Position numbers and translations under genes: made by a program | Virus record (IMG/VR): IMGVR_UViG_3300025751_000015 | Coordinates: 20,139-84,138 of that record | Direction: 5' to 3' (one strand) | Source: a virus | Lineage: Duplodnaviria > Caudoviricetes | DNA length: 64,000 nucleotides | Notes under the pieces: model-generated | Databases searched by the model: none | Told to the model about the DNA's origin: nothing | The model's input: the letters and a program-made list of their open reading frames with translations, nothing else | Shown here: positions 31,001 through 39,924 of the stretch, one piece after another | Position numbering within the stretch: position 1 is the first letter of the stretch | Layout: each line of letters starts with the position of its first letter

Positions 31001-34000
31001 CGATTAACTTAATTCTTTCCTGTCTATAACCTGCTTCTTGATCATATATAATATCACCAAAAATTGTTTTATCATCTAATACAACAATATGTTCTTTTTG
31101 AATTAAATTCAACTGAACGTTATAAATTCCTTCTGGTGTATCTTTCGATGATAGAACAAACATTCCTTCGCCACGCACTGTTGAAATATTTGCACGAGGT
31201 AATGGATTGCCACCTGCGGAAAATATAGTATATTCATAAAACGTGTCTAGCACATTATCAACTTGTCCTGTTGAATACTTAAATTTAACTTTTTGTGCAA
31301 AAGGAGATAGTGTAATAATACTACCTGTACTCCATGCTTGTGTAGTCCAGTATAAAAATTCCTTGCCACTAAATGACCAGTTAGACAATTCACCTAACTC
31401 GTTGATTTGTTCATCAAATAGAAAACCTAGAGTTTCGAGGTATTTTTCATAACCTATAATTACATTGTAAACTTCTTGTACATTAGGAAGAACAATGTTA
31501 TAAGGAATTTCTGTTATAGTTTCTTCAAATCTTCTTGGCTTCTGAACACTTGTACCACCACTTAATGGTAATTCTGCTAATCTAGAATATTTTGTTTGAT
31601 CAAATGTAGTTCCGCTAGTATGATCTTCTTTTGTTCTATAATAAGATTCCTCATACTGTACTATCTGTCCAATACCATAAAATTTTCTTTCTTGCCAAAG
31701 AACAAATTTTGCAGTTGTTCCGCCGATAACTTCTGCAGAATCCCTTTCAGAAAGTATAGGCTTGAAAATTTTAAATACAGGCTGATACTTGTCGTATCCT
31801 TTTATAAGGTAACCGGTATCAACTTTTTCAACAATAATACCTGACATTTTTGCAGTAAACACAGGATTTGATTTTCTAAATGCTATTTCATAATTTTCCT
31901 GTGGTAAGAAAATACTCTTATCAGGACTGTTAGGATTACTGCTTTCTAATAGTATGCGTAATCTTTCCTTGTTTACAAAAGCACCTGTTTTGTAAGTTAA
32001 GTTCATACTTGTATTAGACAGTCTATCATAGTATCCTGTTTTAACGTCTTGTCCCTTGTCTTTTAAATAATCAACCACAAAGACGTGATATCCAGATCCA
32101 AAGTATCTTACATTATTATAATAAAGATTATGAACTTTAACATCTGTAAAATCTATTATTTTTCCTGTTGACTTGTAAATGATGTTACCGCTAGGTGAAA
32201 CAATATTTTGACTTGTATCAAATTGTGTTGTAAGATAGTTTGCAGGCTTTAATAATGCTAATGCGACCTGTTCAGCAAAAGGATACCAACTGCTTGATCT
32301 CCATGCATATTCTGCTGGTCCACCATCACCAAATACCCAATCGTTATCTAAGTTAGTGCTAATAAAACCCGAAACTAAATTTGCTTCGATCGGTGATAAT
32401 AACTCTCCGTATTCGTTTACAGGAATAATTTTGCTTAGTCCTGGTCTAGCATAAATTTTGTTTTCTTTTCCAGTACCAAAATCAAATCCGTTTTCTAGAT
32501 CATTCCATAAAATATCATTACCTTTTGTATAAGGTGCAGAGCCGTATCGTCCTTCCCACCAATTAGGTTTTTCACTATATCCTAACATTTCCCATGGATC
32601 AGTATGAGGCCTATCAGTGTCAAAAAACTTTTTATAAACTTGTCTCCAATACCCAGGTAAATCTTCATTGTTAATTGTGTCTTTTGTATTTGTTAGATTA
32701 TACGAAAAAACATCTCCTTCAACTGATGTATTATTTTTCAAATAATCAATTTCGTATAGATTTGCCCAATAACCAAAATCGTCTCTAAAAACATCTACAT
32801 ATTCATTATAATTAAATTCTGTTTTTCTAAAACAACCGGGTCTAAATTCATTGTTATCGAAAACATTTCTTTTATATTCTATCTTAATATTATTGTAAAT
32901 TCTTTTTTCTAGTTCTAAAATAATATCATCACGATAATCATCATATGCTTTTGTCTTACTTCCGTCATGACCTTGTATTACTTTTGTTGGTGTTACGTAG
33001 GTATTATCAACATAAATTTTAGGAGTGTATTTTGGATATAATCCTAATTTTGTTGGCGTATTAGGAATAACGTTTCCTACTGTTTCATATTCATAAACAA
33101 CAACCGTATCACCTATCGATGTTGGTCTTTTTAAAATAACCGTGTTATCTGTTAAATCGAATTCGTAGTCGATACTATTGATTAGATGCTCTCCGTTGTA
33201 ATAAACGTAGATACTTCTATTGCTTATTTCTTTTAAATTAAAATTACTTTGAATTCCAAATACTTGTTGTTCAAATGTTGTAACTTCATATTCTAATTTT
33301 GTAAGTGTTCTACCATATCCTGCCATGTCGCTATAATAATATGGACTTTGAACATTATTGTTCAGAGATATCTTATATAGAATATCATCAACATCGTCTC
33401 TAGGCAACCCGCTAATTTCTATTTGCTCAAACGTTTCGATAAATTTCTGTTTAAAAATATTATAATCTACAGCATTTTTTCTAACAGATTTAATAACATT
33501 TGTTTCAGAATCTATTAAACCAAATATCGTCGGAAGCAAACTTCCTTGGTGTTTAACATATCTAGTTCCGTTTTTATATAAGTCTTTAATGTCTCTAGCA
33601 TTTGATGTTGAATTAAATTTACCGTGTATTCTTCTATCATTTACAAAAATTGTATTAACATGATCTGTTACACTTCCTAGTGTAAAAATTTTGAGATCAT
33701 TATTTTCACTATTATTAGTTAAGTTAATAGGGGTATCATAAAAACCAAATGTCGTTGGTAATTTATCTGTTAAAATTTTTGTAATTATTCTAGTATCAGA
33801 AGGTACCGAATTAACAAAGTCAACAAATAACTGTTTACCGTTTTCGCTTTTTCTAGTTGTAAAACCTGTTGTCGGTTTAAGAATATTTCCATCTACTTGT
33901 ATAGAGATACTGTCAGCATTAATATATAATCCAGGATCTTGAATTGCTATAATCTCTATAAACGGAGTTTCAATAGTAGTATCATTTAACTGTACAATCT

Positions 34001-35978
34001 TCTGTCTTGTTTTATTCTCAACAAGACTCCAGCCTGATTCAAACACATTCTCTGTAAGAGATGAATTTATTTTGATACTACCACTTGCTGTGTCTTGTAA
34101 AATATTTTGATTATTTTTTGCATAAACAAAACTAGAATCGTCCCAGTCAAACTCAAATACAATATCACCAATATTGTTTACGTTTTGATATTCAATCGGA
34201 AATCCTAGTACAGGATCATTAGCACCGGTACCAACTTTATAACTTACAAGTTCATTTCCTTTAAAGTTTTCAACACCATAACTTAAATCTGAAAAACTTA
34301 CTCCTTGCTGATCAAATAAATCAAATAACGGTGATTGATTGATTTTTGTTTTTTGTTGTGCCTTAACCCATTCGGTTCCGTTAAAATACCAACTGGTTCC
34401 TTTATTACTAATACCTTTGGTTACAACAACACCCTGTCCTTGTACAGGAGTGTCAACTTCTTCTAGATGTAGTCTACTTTTTCCACCATGTTCAATAAAT
34501 TGAACTTCATAAATTTTACCTTTAACAGTAATGTCAGGGTCAGCATTAAAAGTTACTCTCATGCCTGCTGTTAAATCTATTTGATCAATATAATAACCGA
34601 TGTGACCTTCAATGTCGCTGAAAACGTCTTTAGTAACAGTGTCAATTAAATCTATATTACCTAACCCTTGAACAGCAAAGTTGTGTAACTGAATGTTAGG
34701 TAAAAATTCTATAATAGGTCGTTTAGCACGTAGATTTTCATCTAGTACAGTTGTTGTATTGTTATACTTGGCTGTTTTTTCAATAACTTCCTTATGGAAC
34801 CATCTATTATATCTACTCCAAGGATTTTTATCAATGCTTGCACGATTAATTGTAACATACTCTGGTGTTTCAGGAGAACTTTCTGCATCATCATAAGGTG
34901 TTTGATCAAATGACTCAATGTCAAATTCATAATCAAAGTTTTGTCCATATCCTTCCGGAGTGTCAAATTCGCTTACAGGTAATAATTTAATTTTATCACC
35001 AACTCCTTCAACATAAAAGTTCTTATTTTTATATGTGCTAGGAGTAACATTTCCGTCAAAATTTACCTTTAGTCCGTTTGTAAATTCAACACCATTCGAA
35101 CTTGTGTATTCTGATTTGCCTAAAATTTCTGTAGGGATATTAATGTTTAATTCATCTTCAGCATTTTTGATTTCAAAAATTCCCTGCATCTCTTGATGAT
35201 TACCGCAGGTGTAGTAAAGGATATCTGGAGCACCTTTTGATACCGTAAAGATTACTGCACCATTTTCTGTACCATTGTTTGTAATACCACTGTCATACTG
35301 ATCATCACTTCCTGTAGTTTTAGCAAGTTTGATATAAAAAGGATGACCTGGAGCATTAATTTCAAACTTGTATGTTGCTCCTCTAAATAACTTAATAACA
35401 GGATTAGAACTGCTACCGTCTGGTGTAAACACCCATGCTTTTGAATTTTGATTAGTTACCGTAAAAGCACTAATGGTTCCTTCTGCTAATCCTGTAATTG
35501 TAACAGGACTAGGACCTTGGGGTAACCAATAGTACTGTCTATAATTTGCAATTTTATCAAAATCAATGTGTGGATTCCACGCATAGTATTTGCTTGAAAA
35601 TAGTTTATCGTGGTTGTCTGTGTTTGAATTAAAATAATTTAATTGATTAAGTAAGTCGTCATATGTACCTAACCAATTTGTTCGATCATCAAACTCGTCT
35701 CTGATTACAACACTAGGTAATAGATTATATCTTCTTCTATTTGATGTTGGTTCTGGAATATATCTATCATTCGGAGAAACAGTTTTGGAATATCTACTTC
35801 CAACAAAACCATTAATTCTCTCTAGTTGTCCTTTTGAAATTAAAGGATCAACTGTAGACCCAAGAAACTTCTTGTTTGCTTCTGTTCTAAAGAACATCGG
35901 CAGTAATGCGGAACTGTTTCTATATTTGTCCTTGTTCGTTGAATTGACAGGAACGTTGCTATTGTCACTATAAGCCAT
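22032..35978 (-). CDS. Giant (4648 aa) multidomain baseplate wedge protein, gp7-positional equivalent
   Basis: Uninterrupted ORF directly downstream of the gp6-like gene. Contains a cupredoxin-like module (aa ~185-270), FG-GAP-like propeller repeats (aa ~2100-2560), a YHYH domain (YHYH at aa 3458-3461) and GxGYxxAP linker repeats. Confidence 0.75.
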   Translation of the reverse strand: MAYSDNSNVPVNSTNKDKYRNSSALLPMFFRTEANKKFLGSTVDPLISKGQLERINGFVGSRYSKTVSPNDRYIPEPTSNRRRYNLLPSVVIRDEFDDRTNWLGTYDDLLNQLNYFNSNTDNHDKLFSSKYYAWNPHIDFDKIANYRQYYWLPQGPSPVTITGLAEGTISAFTVTNQNSKAWVFTPDGSSSNPVIKLFRGATYKFEINAPGHPFYIKLAKTTGSDDQYDSGITNNGTENGAVIFTVSKGAPDILYYTCGNHQEMQGIFEIKNAEDELNINIPTEILGKSEYTSSNGVEFTNGLKVNFDGNVTPSTYKNKNFYVEGVGDKIKLLPVSEFDTPEGYGQNFDYEFDIESFDQTPYDDAESSPETPEYVTINRASIDKNPWSRYNRWFHKEVIEKTAKYNNTTTVLDENLRAKRPIIEFLPNIQLHNFAVQGLGNIDLIDTVTKDVFSDIEGHIGYYIDQIDLTAGMRVTFNADPDITVKGKIYEVQFIEHGGKSRLHLEEVDTPVQGQGVVVTKGISNKGTSWYFNGTEWVKAQQKTKINQSPLFDLFDQQGVSFSDLSYGVENFKGNELVSYKVGTGANDPVLGFPIEYQNVNNIGDIVFEFDWDDSSFVYAKNNQNILQDTASGSIKINSSLTENVFESGWSLVENKTRQKIVQLNDTTIETPFIEIIAIQDPGLYINADSISIQVDGNILKPTTGFTTRKSENGKQLFVDFVNSVPSDTRIITKILTDKLPTTFGFYDTPINLTNNSENNDLKIFTLGSVTDHVNTIFVNDRRIHGKFNSTSNARDIKDLYKNGTRYVKHQGSLLPTIFGLIDSETNVIKSVRKNAVDYNIFKQKFIETFEQIEISGLPRDDVDDILYKISLNNNVQSPYYYSDMAGYGRTLTKLEYEVTTFEQQVFGIQSNFNLKEISNRSIYVYYNGEHLINSIDYEFDLTDNTVILKRPTSIGDTVVVYEYETVGNVIPNTPTKLGLYPKYTPKIYVDNTYVTPTKVIQGHDGSKTKAYDDYRDDIILELEKRIYNNIKIEYKRNVFDNNEFRPGCFRKTEFNYNEYVDVFRDDFGYWANLYEIDYLKNNTSVEGDVFSYNLTNTKDTINNEDLPGYWRQVYKKFFDTDRPHTDPWEMLGYSEKPNWWEGRYGSAPYTKGNDILWNDLENGFDFGTGKENKIYARPGLSKIIPVNEYGELLSPIEANLVSGFISTNLDNDWVFGDGGPAEYAWRSSSWYPFAEQVALALLKPANYLTTQFDTSQNIVSPSGNIIYKSTGKIIDFTDVKVHNLYYNNVRYFGSGYHVFVVDYLKDKGQDVKTGYYDRLSNTSMNLTYKTGAFVNKERLRILLESSNPNSPDKSIFLPQENYEIAFRKSNPVFTAKMSGIIVEKVDTGYLIKGYDKYQPVFKIFKPILSERDSAEVIGGTTAKFVLWQERKFYGIGQIVQYEESYYRTKEDHTSGTTFDQTKYSRLAELPLSGGTSVQKPRRFEETITEIPYNIVLPNVQEVYNVIIGYEKYLETLGFLFDEQINELGELSNWSFSGKEFLYWTTQAWSTGSIITLSPFAQKVKFKYSTGQVDNVLDTFYEYTIFSAGGNPLPRANISTVRGEGMFVLSSKDTPEGIYNVQLNLIQKEHIVVLDDKTIFGDIIYDQEAGYRQERIKLIGFKTTEWDGDLYSPGFVYDEAKISPWQQFKDYNLGDVVKYKTKFYSAKSFLAGVETFNYSDWIYLENEPNAELLPNLDFKISNFEDFYNLDSETFDVNTTELSQHLIGYQKRFYLDNLIQDNISQYKFYQGFIKEKGTANAIDKISRLKVDDVQTNVAYDEEWAFKVGSLGSTSTVKEIDFTLDETLNVDNPQAYDFVSSVTTNTTPGNNIQLLANKIAVKPADYDNNPWPVTTISAIDGITSEYINKLPVAGYPRLDDIPTTAFSYNDLVGSSIINQLDDGDIIWVAKDKNKDWNVYQLKAIPARVVETDDLNTDFLDGKITLNTDIDHNLVKGQIISIKNFNDDVDNVYLVDEVLSNTRFKVIGNDTSSTLEDSAGGTILEFLSLRVTNPDDINDLKNVSKITAGTLVFADDDGTGKWAVYQKINAFNEQKWSGPNQLVGQQFGYNIASADNGRLIVVAAPGYGDEGQIYVLAREFNTGIATLQTTQGFAISDNSSDNIVSDAGRPALGTSLALSNDGSVLAAGAPTASNFKAVDDSSYKDNFRVSVGDFTAIPSDFSREGVVTLHTYDTEDNLFKRNYVIGCSEPETDAFFGTSLLVSNTKLLVGAPGKTAHQGKVYIYDKATLADGSTVDWNISDHHILSIPNSRDGDRFGTSMTGTKDLSLIAVSAPGYELQSDDSSASKGAVFVYRLHNNEYQLLQTISSTTFNQIDAGDQFGYAVSMSENGNTLIISAPFEDAGNINAGAVFYFKKTGDDSSQDLYTYQQTIFSPLKELEEKFGSNISVNPAGDGFAVWSEHGRNVLTTSFDKYTRLEDSSLEETTLETTFDANSLKLVDENYASGTVFTYSLLNTKFVFGQKVNSETLKSFDAFGKGMNYTNNSLLIGAPNHDQYGTGALGALWSFQKVKTGGWNKLRTQDNPVDPYSVKKTFTYNTVTNRVKDFLETVDPVKGKIPYLAEAEITYKSDVDPASYTQGDSSVTVRPTTAWTEEHVGELWWDLSTVAYVWYEQGDTEYRKTNWGTLFPGSSVDVYEWVETDLLPSEWAEITGSVEGTSLGFSGTPKYGDDIYVTKNIYNRNTSGFETRYYYWVKNKITTPDNANRKLPAVEVANIIEDPQAYGIKSIQLLSKNAISISNVKTTLDDQNVNLNIQYRNVETDIPEHNEWQLVGEKQDQKIENELLVKKLIDSLVGYDSQGNPVPDPALPVTRKYGLQIRPRQSIFVDRLKALKTIVTFCNDVMSKTRVVDTKNIQPLFEKDAEPGSGSGKWDLKIDDFEEISQIGTQDLVTATATATLTNGKVSKVVVNNQGYGYVNAPEITLIGDGTGAKLKANIDSRGRITSIDILKKGENYSYLNLEIRPFKVLVSVDETANNNWSLYEWVSSVNNWTRTNTQTYDLNRFWSYKDYIVNGFNVDEIINYKITAPYELNTITPASGELVQIDNAGDGNKMILRKVNANGTFSNDYDLMYKAKSTIQINSSIYNYQELNFGFAGLENYDVNLFDSEPITETRKILETLKNNIFVDDLKANWNELFFIAIRYVFSEQSFVDWAFKSSFINVTNNLGTLSRKLNYKVSDPGYIESYIKEVKPYKTVIRNFINNYESLENVNAGTTDFDLPSYWDEENKRFVAVKITDDKISEQPYANWFDNYKFSVGRIDVTEEGAGYTEPPLVVISGGRTNKPTITQTSQFRPLVTTDYTDTRFFVKTTSIPDHGFLRNPGVNTVTAQNFTFEITRTPVEALDKVATPLGEIGVAVNGVVFYNPKAALTEVRNGIEYELNAVESHEELGIDDGSGHPQENGVYHYHSDPRLMYTKDKNNHSPLLGYALDGYPIYGPYGWDSPTGRSNPRVMTSSYRLKQTPRADGSDSDGRYIEDFEYVTGLGDLDQHNGRTCNTPEYPDGTYAYFVTVDPADVNKAVYPYIIGPTYYGAPILPNGNKTLPGDAVVDAAAVAYTSRGIVREIVVTNPGSGYASAPTVTLAGGGGDNAVTKPALGYAILENKKVRINTVNMTFDRLSSNKIIQTQTQTDTFRATTGQVRFKLTYLPTLDKREIDININNETVYIENYQVSIVTAKNRTYKKKEGYIIFNTPPGANATVKIEYKKSIDLMQATDRINYYYQPTAGMLGKDPAQLMTGVEYDGVQVQGLEFDISVGWDGLPWFSHGWDTFSGTNTDYAFRADGTTTTFTLPYTPESGQEINVYFDNVRQDPTNTPTIVGDGNTTTFTLGVAALDGTLVVFRQKESDGSLVPTDVNNLDAIIQGGNFSYSTATGTRPEDISLDGDGFVTPDTSHAPEEVVPGQVFDSLSMSVYNSPADGSPLIVTNRYYGNSIKRNYGFDLYPGTQDSIFVSVAGVYLENGIGYTIDYQNKEIDFVDAPEIGELVTIQTLNVGGANILERKRFVNDDSSTLFRLTANYNDVKSAFVTVNGVSQSYQILKDTDTGSAEILLTNPPDTISSGSIIEITALSISEKTYSEIIKETITDDGSSMSYRLTNIPGNIAPYHNMVIAEVKDLDTGTITRLLPPDTVYYVSNGITQQYTVSQDPEYPTFFLALGEIEVHLNGIKLVPIRDFNFDTQTNLVTFNQNVLNSGDAIAITILRNHEYELNVTGDSAGDTEANLVIIKNRASLPTNAEYQVTTFTNHDANLIRKEVYTGKLGGTYKLSRPAIDSNYIWVEIDGTPIVAERDYKVLDNNTTVEIDDKFTVTPTSRIVITTFSEEISYDSIGYRIFNDMLHRSHYKRISDQDSTTLAVKLDNTDKKISLTDASFLQTPSPENKVPGVIWIDRERIEFYKINGNDLEQIVRGTLGTGVKTSYSAGTKVIDAGPSQTVPYIETVNVYQGVIRQGLPNGTKEHVLETINISSEANAHDQVEVYLGGRKLQKPTVSTNPIKVHNVEIAYDSDETNSQGTSSDVLQTPEFTIEAVGDSTGKNYYKLVLRDEPQLGLELKVVQKQGRVWHEQGVNSASTGTTLQRAETAQAKFLLERPSGLPVINIRE

Positions 35979-38900
35979 TAGTAAGTACTACCTCCGCTAC
36001 TTGAAGTGCTAGTTGAAGTAACGGAAACTGTACCTACTTGGTCGACGCTACTTACAACATTTCCTGATGACTGTAAGTTTGCGGCTGTTAGACTATCTAT
36101 AATTTCAACGTTATCTACTGTAGCACTGCTAATAAAAATTTCATCTGACTTGCTTGTTATTTGGAACAAAGATCCAAATGCTTGACTATTGCTACGAGGA
36201 ACAATAACAATATTTGCTAAATCCGGCGCCAATTTATTGTGAACATACGTTGCTAATTCTGTAAAAAAGAAGGTGTCACCAAAATCCCAGTTCTGTATAT
36301 CAAAGAATTCATTAATCGCAGATATTACACCCGACTTTAATTGATTATCACTAATTGCACTTTGTTGTGATCTTACAATTTTAAATTGTGCTTGAAGATC
36401 CGTATCAGCGTTTGATCCAAAAAGTTCTCTATATTTTACTGTATGAAAAATTAATGTATCACTAATCGATTTAACCTTTTCTAATGCAGGTTCAAATTGA
36501 CTTCTAAGTTGTTCTGAACTTGGTTCTTCTGGTTTTGTTCCGCCATTGTTGATATAATATCTATAAGAATCATCATATGCTTCAGTTAACATATATAAAT
36601 CAATTATATTTGTTTTACTTGGATCTAATCTACGATCATTTTCAGCATTGTGAATATATTGAAACTTAACACCATCTCTGCCTGGTTTTGCAAAATAAGA
36701 ATTTTGTAAATCTAAAGAACCTGTTGTTGAATTGTAACTCTTTACAACATTTTCTGTTGACCCGTAGAAATAAAATAATTGTCCATTTGTATAATCACTT
36801 AGTGCAGGAATACTGCTTTCTTTATCAAAAATTATAAAGTTGGTTGCAGAAACTTTTTTTGCAACAGTAACATTATCAACTACAGTATTTTGAAAGAAAA
36901 CAAATTTATCTTTATATCCTCTAACGTCAACAGAATCGGGTGCAACAACATTTATAAAACTGTCTGGATCATCAATCATTCCGTCGTCATCAGAATCATA
37001 CAAATTGACTTCTACTCTGTTAGTATCTTCAAATCCATCTGGATTTCTAATAGTACCTGTGATTTCCCATGGATAATCTTTTGTTAATATAGTATCCAAT
37101 ATTGGATCTTCATTAACTTTTAAAATTTTAACTTGATCTTTGATTACTAATCCTGTTTTAGGATCGTATGTCTTTCCTCTTGCATCAACATAAAATTGTA
37201 CTAGATTTTCACTTTCAAATCTATAATCTAATCCACGATATGTAACTGTGTAAGTTTCACCGTCTGTTTCAAATAATACAAACCAACTTTTATCTGCTTT
37301 TGTTCCAGATATATCACCTTCTCTATCTAAACTAAAAGGATCAATAGTGTTAACATTGGCGTTTGTTACAATTTTCCAAGTAAGTGTTGATTGATCGTAT
37401 CTGATTCCAAAGTTTTTATAGTTAAACACTAGGTCAACTATTTCTGTTTCAATATCGCTTGGTAAATCAGTAACAATATTAGGAATAATTTCACTTGGTA
37501 TTGACAGTGCTGGAATAACTTCACTTAATATAATAGGACCAGTACCGTCATCCAACGCTCCTAATCCGCCATTTGAACCATCACCAACAACATTTAAAAC
37601 TTTAACCCAGATGTAATCTCTAGTAGTTTTTGTTTTTGTTGTTGTTAACTCGCCATTAGGTAAAAAGTATCGCCCACTTGGAGGAACAAATTTAATCATT
37701 GAATCAGTTGCAATAAATTTGAAGTTGTTTCCAGTAAATGATCCGACAGTGATTGGTGCACCATTAACTGTATTTCTAAAATAACCAGTAACTCCACCTG
37801 TCGTATTTGTTGACTTTACCCAATCAATGTTAAGTCCTGTGGTGTTAACCCTTGGAAACTTATCATAGTAAAAACTTTTTGTTGCAATTCCGGCAATAAT
37901 TGGCTCGACTCTATTTCTAAGAACACCTAATACATCGTTTCTAGATGAAAACGTAAATGCAAAATCAACTTCAAAATCATTTTTATAAATTATGCCGTCG
38001 TCTGCAATTATGTTGGTGCTTGAATATTTTCCTGTTGGATCTTTAATTTCAAACTGTCTACTAATTCCACTGCTTGCTCTGTTAACTGCTTTTGCCTTAA
38101 CAATTTGTGGACTTGAAGTTAAAGGAAAAGTATTATAATCTTCTCCTGTAATCATTCTATTTTGTGTGTAGTAGGCCTGTGGTGCATTACGTTTGATGTT
38201 ATCAACACTTTCTGTTGCACTTGCATTTGTCACTGTTGACTGTAAAGCACATTGCAATATTAATGTATTTTGTTGTCCTGACTTACTTGTGTAACCAATC
38301 TCTAAAACAATGTTTTGCATATCTGCAGGTCTAATTGTGTAAGTTGCACCTTTTGAAATTCTGTAATATGTTTTAAAAGTTCCGTTAGGTAGATCACCAA
38401 AATTTCCATCAGCAAAGTTCAAACTAATTTGATCTAAATCTCTAGAAACAACAGTATAAATTTTTCTATTATTATTTGAAATAGAATTATATATTGCATT
38501 ACTGCCAATAGTGCTGTCTAACTTAGTCCATTCGGTTTTGTAATTTCCAAACTGATCTAATTCCCATAACCAAACATCTGAATTGTTTATGTCTGGAGTA
38601 TTTAGATTAATGATTTCATTGTTTGAAGGATCGTTAATTGTAAAATCTGAAGTAACTAATTCTCCTTGTTTAAAATGTACAAAGAATCCTGTGTTCTCAG
38701 AACTATTTCCTTTTTTGTCATTTCTATATAACAATCCAAATGTATTCCCTGGTAAAGGAGTTTCTTCACTAATGTTTGTTGAATCAATTTTAGCACTAAC
38801 CACATCAAATGGAGTTTGTGTACCGTTAATTGATTTACTAAAAGTAAAAACAGGAATATCTGTGTTGTTACTGTTTACTTTATATAAATCAGTTTGTATT

Positions 38901-39442
38901 CCGCCAATAATTTCAGACGAATTAGGTTTACCGTAAATTGTTGATCCAGAAAATGCACTATTCATAATAGTAATTGTCTGTTCTAACCAATTTGGATTTG
39001 AATCATCGTTCCAAGTTATAAATCTACTTCTTAAAGGAGTTCCTGAACTATCTGTTAAATTTTCTGTGGTTTGAATTCCTGTAACTTTTAAAATTCCGCT
39101 TGCACATTCATTTCTTTTGTTGTTATAACCAACAAGTCTAGCAAGTCGTAACACACTTTCTTTTTTCTCAGCAGTTTCAATAAAGTTTTCTCTAGCATTT
39201 AAGTCAACACGATAACTTAAACTTTGTCCTAAAAATGCAATAACGTCAATAAGTGCAAGATATTCACTTGATTCAATATAGTCATTGTAATCTTCTGGAT
39301 AATTCTTACGTAGGTAGTTGATCATTGTCCTACGAATAGTAGGAAAATCATATGCTGTAAAGTCTGCGTCTGTGAATGATCGATAGATCTTAGACCAGTC
39401 TTCTGTAACTAAAAGTGAGTTTTGTCTGTCATAACTTGCCAT
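35978..39442 (-). CDS. gp6: Baseplate wedge subunit, T4 gp6-like
   Basis: DF..IR..MINYLR..YPEDYNDY.ESSE..ALIDVIAFLG..LSYR.DLNARENF..TA...ESV..LA...GY, and ES.DNIK.NAP..Y..QNRMITGEDY. Confidence 0.85.
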   Translation of the reverse strand: MASYDRQNSLLVTEDWSKIYRSFTDADFTAYDFPTIRRTMINYLRKNYPEDYNDYIESSEYLALIDVIAFLGQSLSYRVDLNARENFIETAEKKESVLRLARLVGYNNKRNECASGILKVTGIQTTENLTDSSGTPLRSRFITWNDDSNPNWLEQTITIMNSAFSGSTIYGKPNSSEIIGGIQTDLYKVNSNNTDIPVFTFSKSINGTQTPFDVVSAKIDSTNISEETPLPGNTFGLLYRNDKKGNSSENTGFFVHFKQGELVTSDFTINDPSNNEIINLNTPDINNSDVWLWELDQFGNYKTEWTKLDSTIGSNAIYNSISNNNRKIYTVVSRDLDQISLNFADGNFGDLPNGTFKTYYRISKGATYTIRPADMQNIVLEIGYTSKSGQQNTLILQCALQSTVTNASATESVDNIKRNAPQAYYTQNRMITGEDYNTFPLTSSPQIVKAKAVNRASSGISRQFEIKDPTGKYSSTNIIADDGIIYKNDFEVDFAFTFSSRNDVLGVLRNRVEPIIAGIATKSFYYDKFPRVNTTGLNIDWVKSTNTTGGVTGYFRNTVNGAPITVGSFTGNNFKFIATDSMIKFVPPSGRYFLPNGELTTTKTKTTRDYIWVKVLNVVGDGSNGGLGALDDGTGPIILSEVIPALSIPSEIIPNIVTDLPSDIETEIVDLVFNYKNFGIRYDQSTLTWKIVTNANVNTIDPFSLDREGDISGTKADKSWFVLFETDGETYTVTYRGLDYRFESENLVQFYVDARGKTYDPKTGLVIKDQVKILKVNEDPILDTILTKDYPWEITGTIRNPDGFEDTNRVEVNLYDSDDDGMIDDPDSFINVVAPDSVDVRGYKDKFVFFQNTVVDNVTVAKKVSATNFIIFDKESSIPALSDYTNGQLFYFYGSTENVVKSYNSTTGSLDLQNSYFAKPGRDGVKFQYIHNAENDRRLDPSKTNIIDLYMLTEAYDDSYRYYINNGGTKPEEPSSEQLRSQFEPALEKVKSISDTLIFHTVKYRELFGSNADTDLQAQFKIVRSQQSAISDNQLKSGVISAINEFFDIQNWDFGDTFFFTELATYVHNKLAPDLANIVIVPRSNSQAFGSLFQITSKSDEIFISSATVDNVEIIDSLTAANLQSSGNVVSSVDQVGTVSVTSTSTSSSGGSTY

Positions 39443-39479
39443 GCAAATATTTACCTTAAATTATAAACTGCGTATATTA

Positions 39480-39920
39480 TTACCGACTGCTTAAACCACT
39501 GTCTCGATCAAACTTTAGGACCATTGTTTCAATGTGGTTATAAGCACTAAATTCAAGTTCTAACAACACTTGTATTCCATACCCTTTTTCTTCAATGATT
39601 ATGTTACGTGCATCGACCCTAGGATCTTCCGCAATAATTCTTGAAACATCTTCCATTAGTTTTTCTCTAACTGATTCAGTAAGTGGTTCGTACAGTATAC
39701 CCCAAATCATAGTACCAAACTCCGGATTATATATTTTTTCTCCTTTGCGTATGTTAAAATGATTAAGAATATCTTGTTTTATTAGTTCTGTGTCATATAA
39801 AGAAAATGACTTTGAATTTTCGTTAATCGTAGATATTCCTTTGTAAAACTGCGATACTTTCGTAGCATTGTTTACATTAGAAGTTTTTGTTTGTATGTTT
39901 ATTTCTTTATACTGTCCCAT
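39480..39920 (-). CDS. gp25: Baseplate wedge subunit, T4 gp25-like
   Basis: LYDTELIKQDILNHFNIRKGEK...PEFGTMIW..LYEP and DPRV. Confidence 0.88.
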   Translation of the reverse strand: MGQYKEINIQTKTSNVNNATKVSQFYKGISTINENSKSFSLYDTELIKQDILNHFNIRKGEKIYNPEFGTMIWGILYEPLTESVREKLMEDVSRIIAEDPRVDARNIIIEEKGYGIQVLLELEFSAYNHIETMVLKFDRDSGLSSR

Positions 39921-39924
39921 AACT

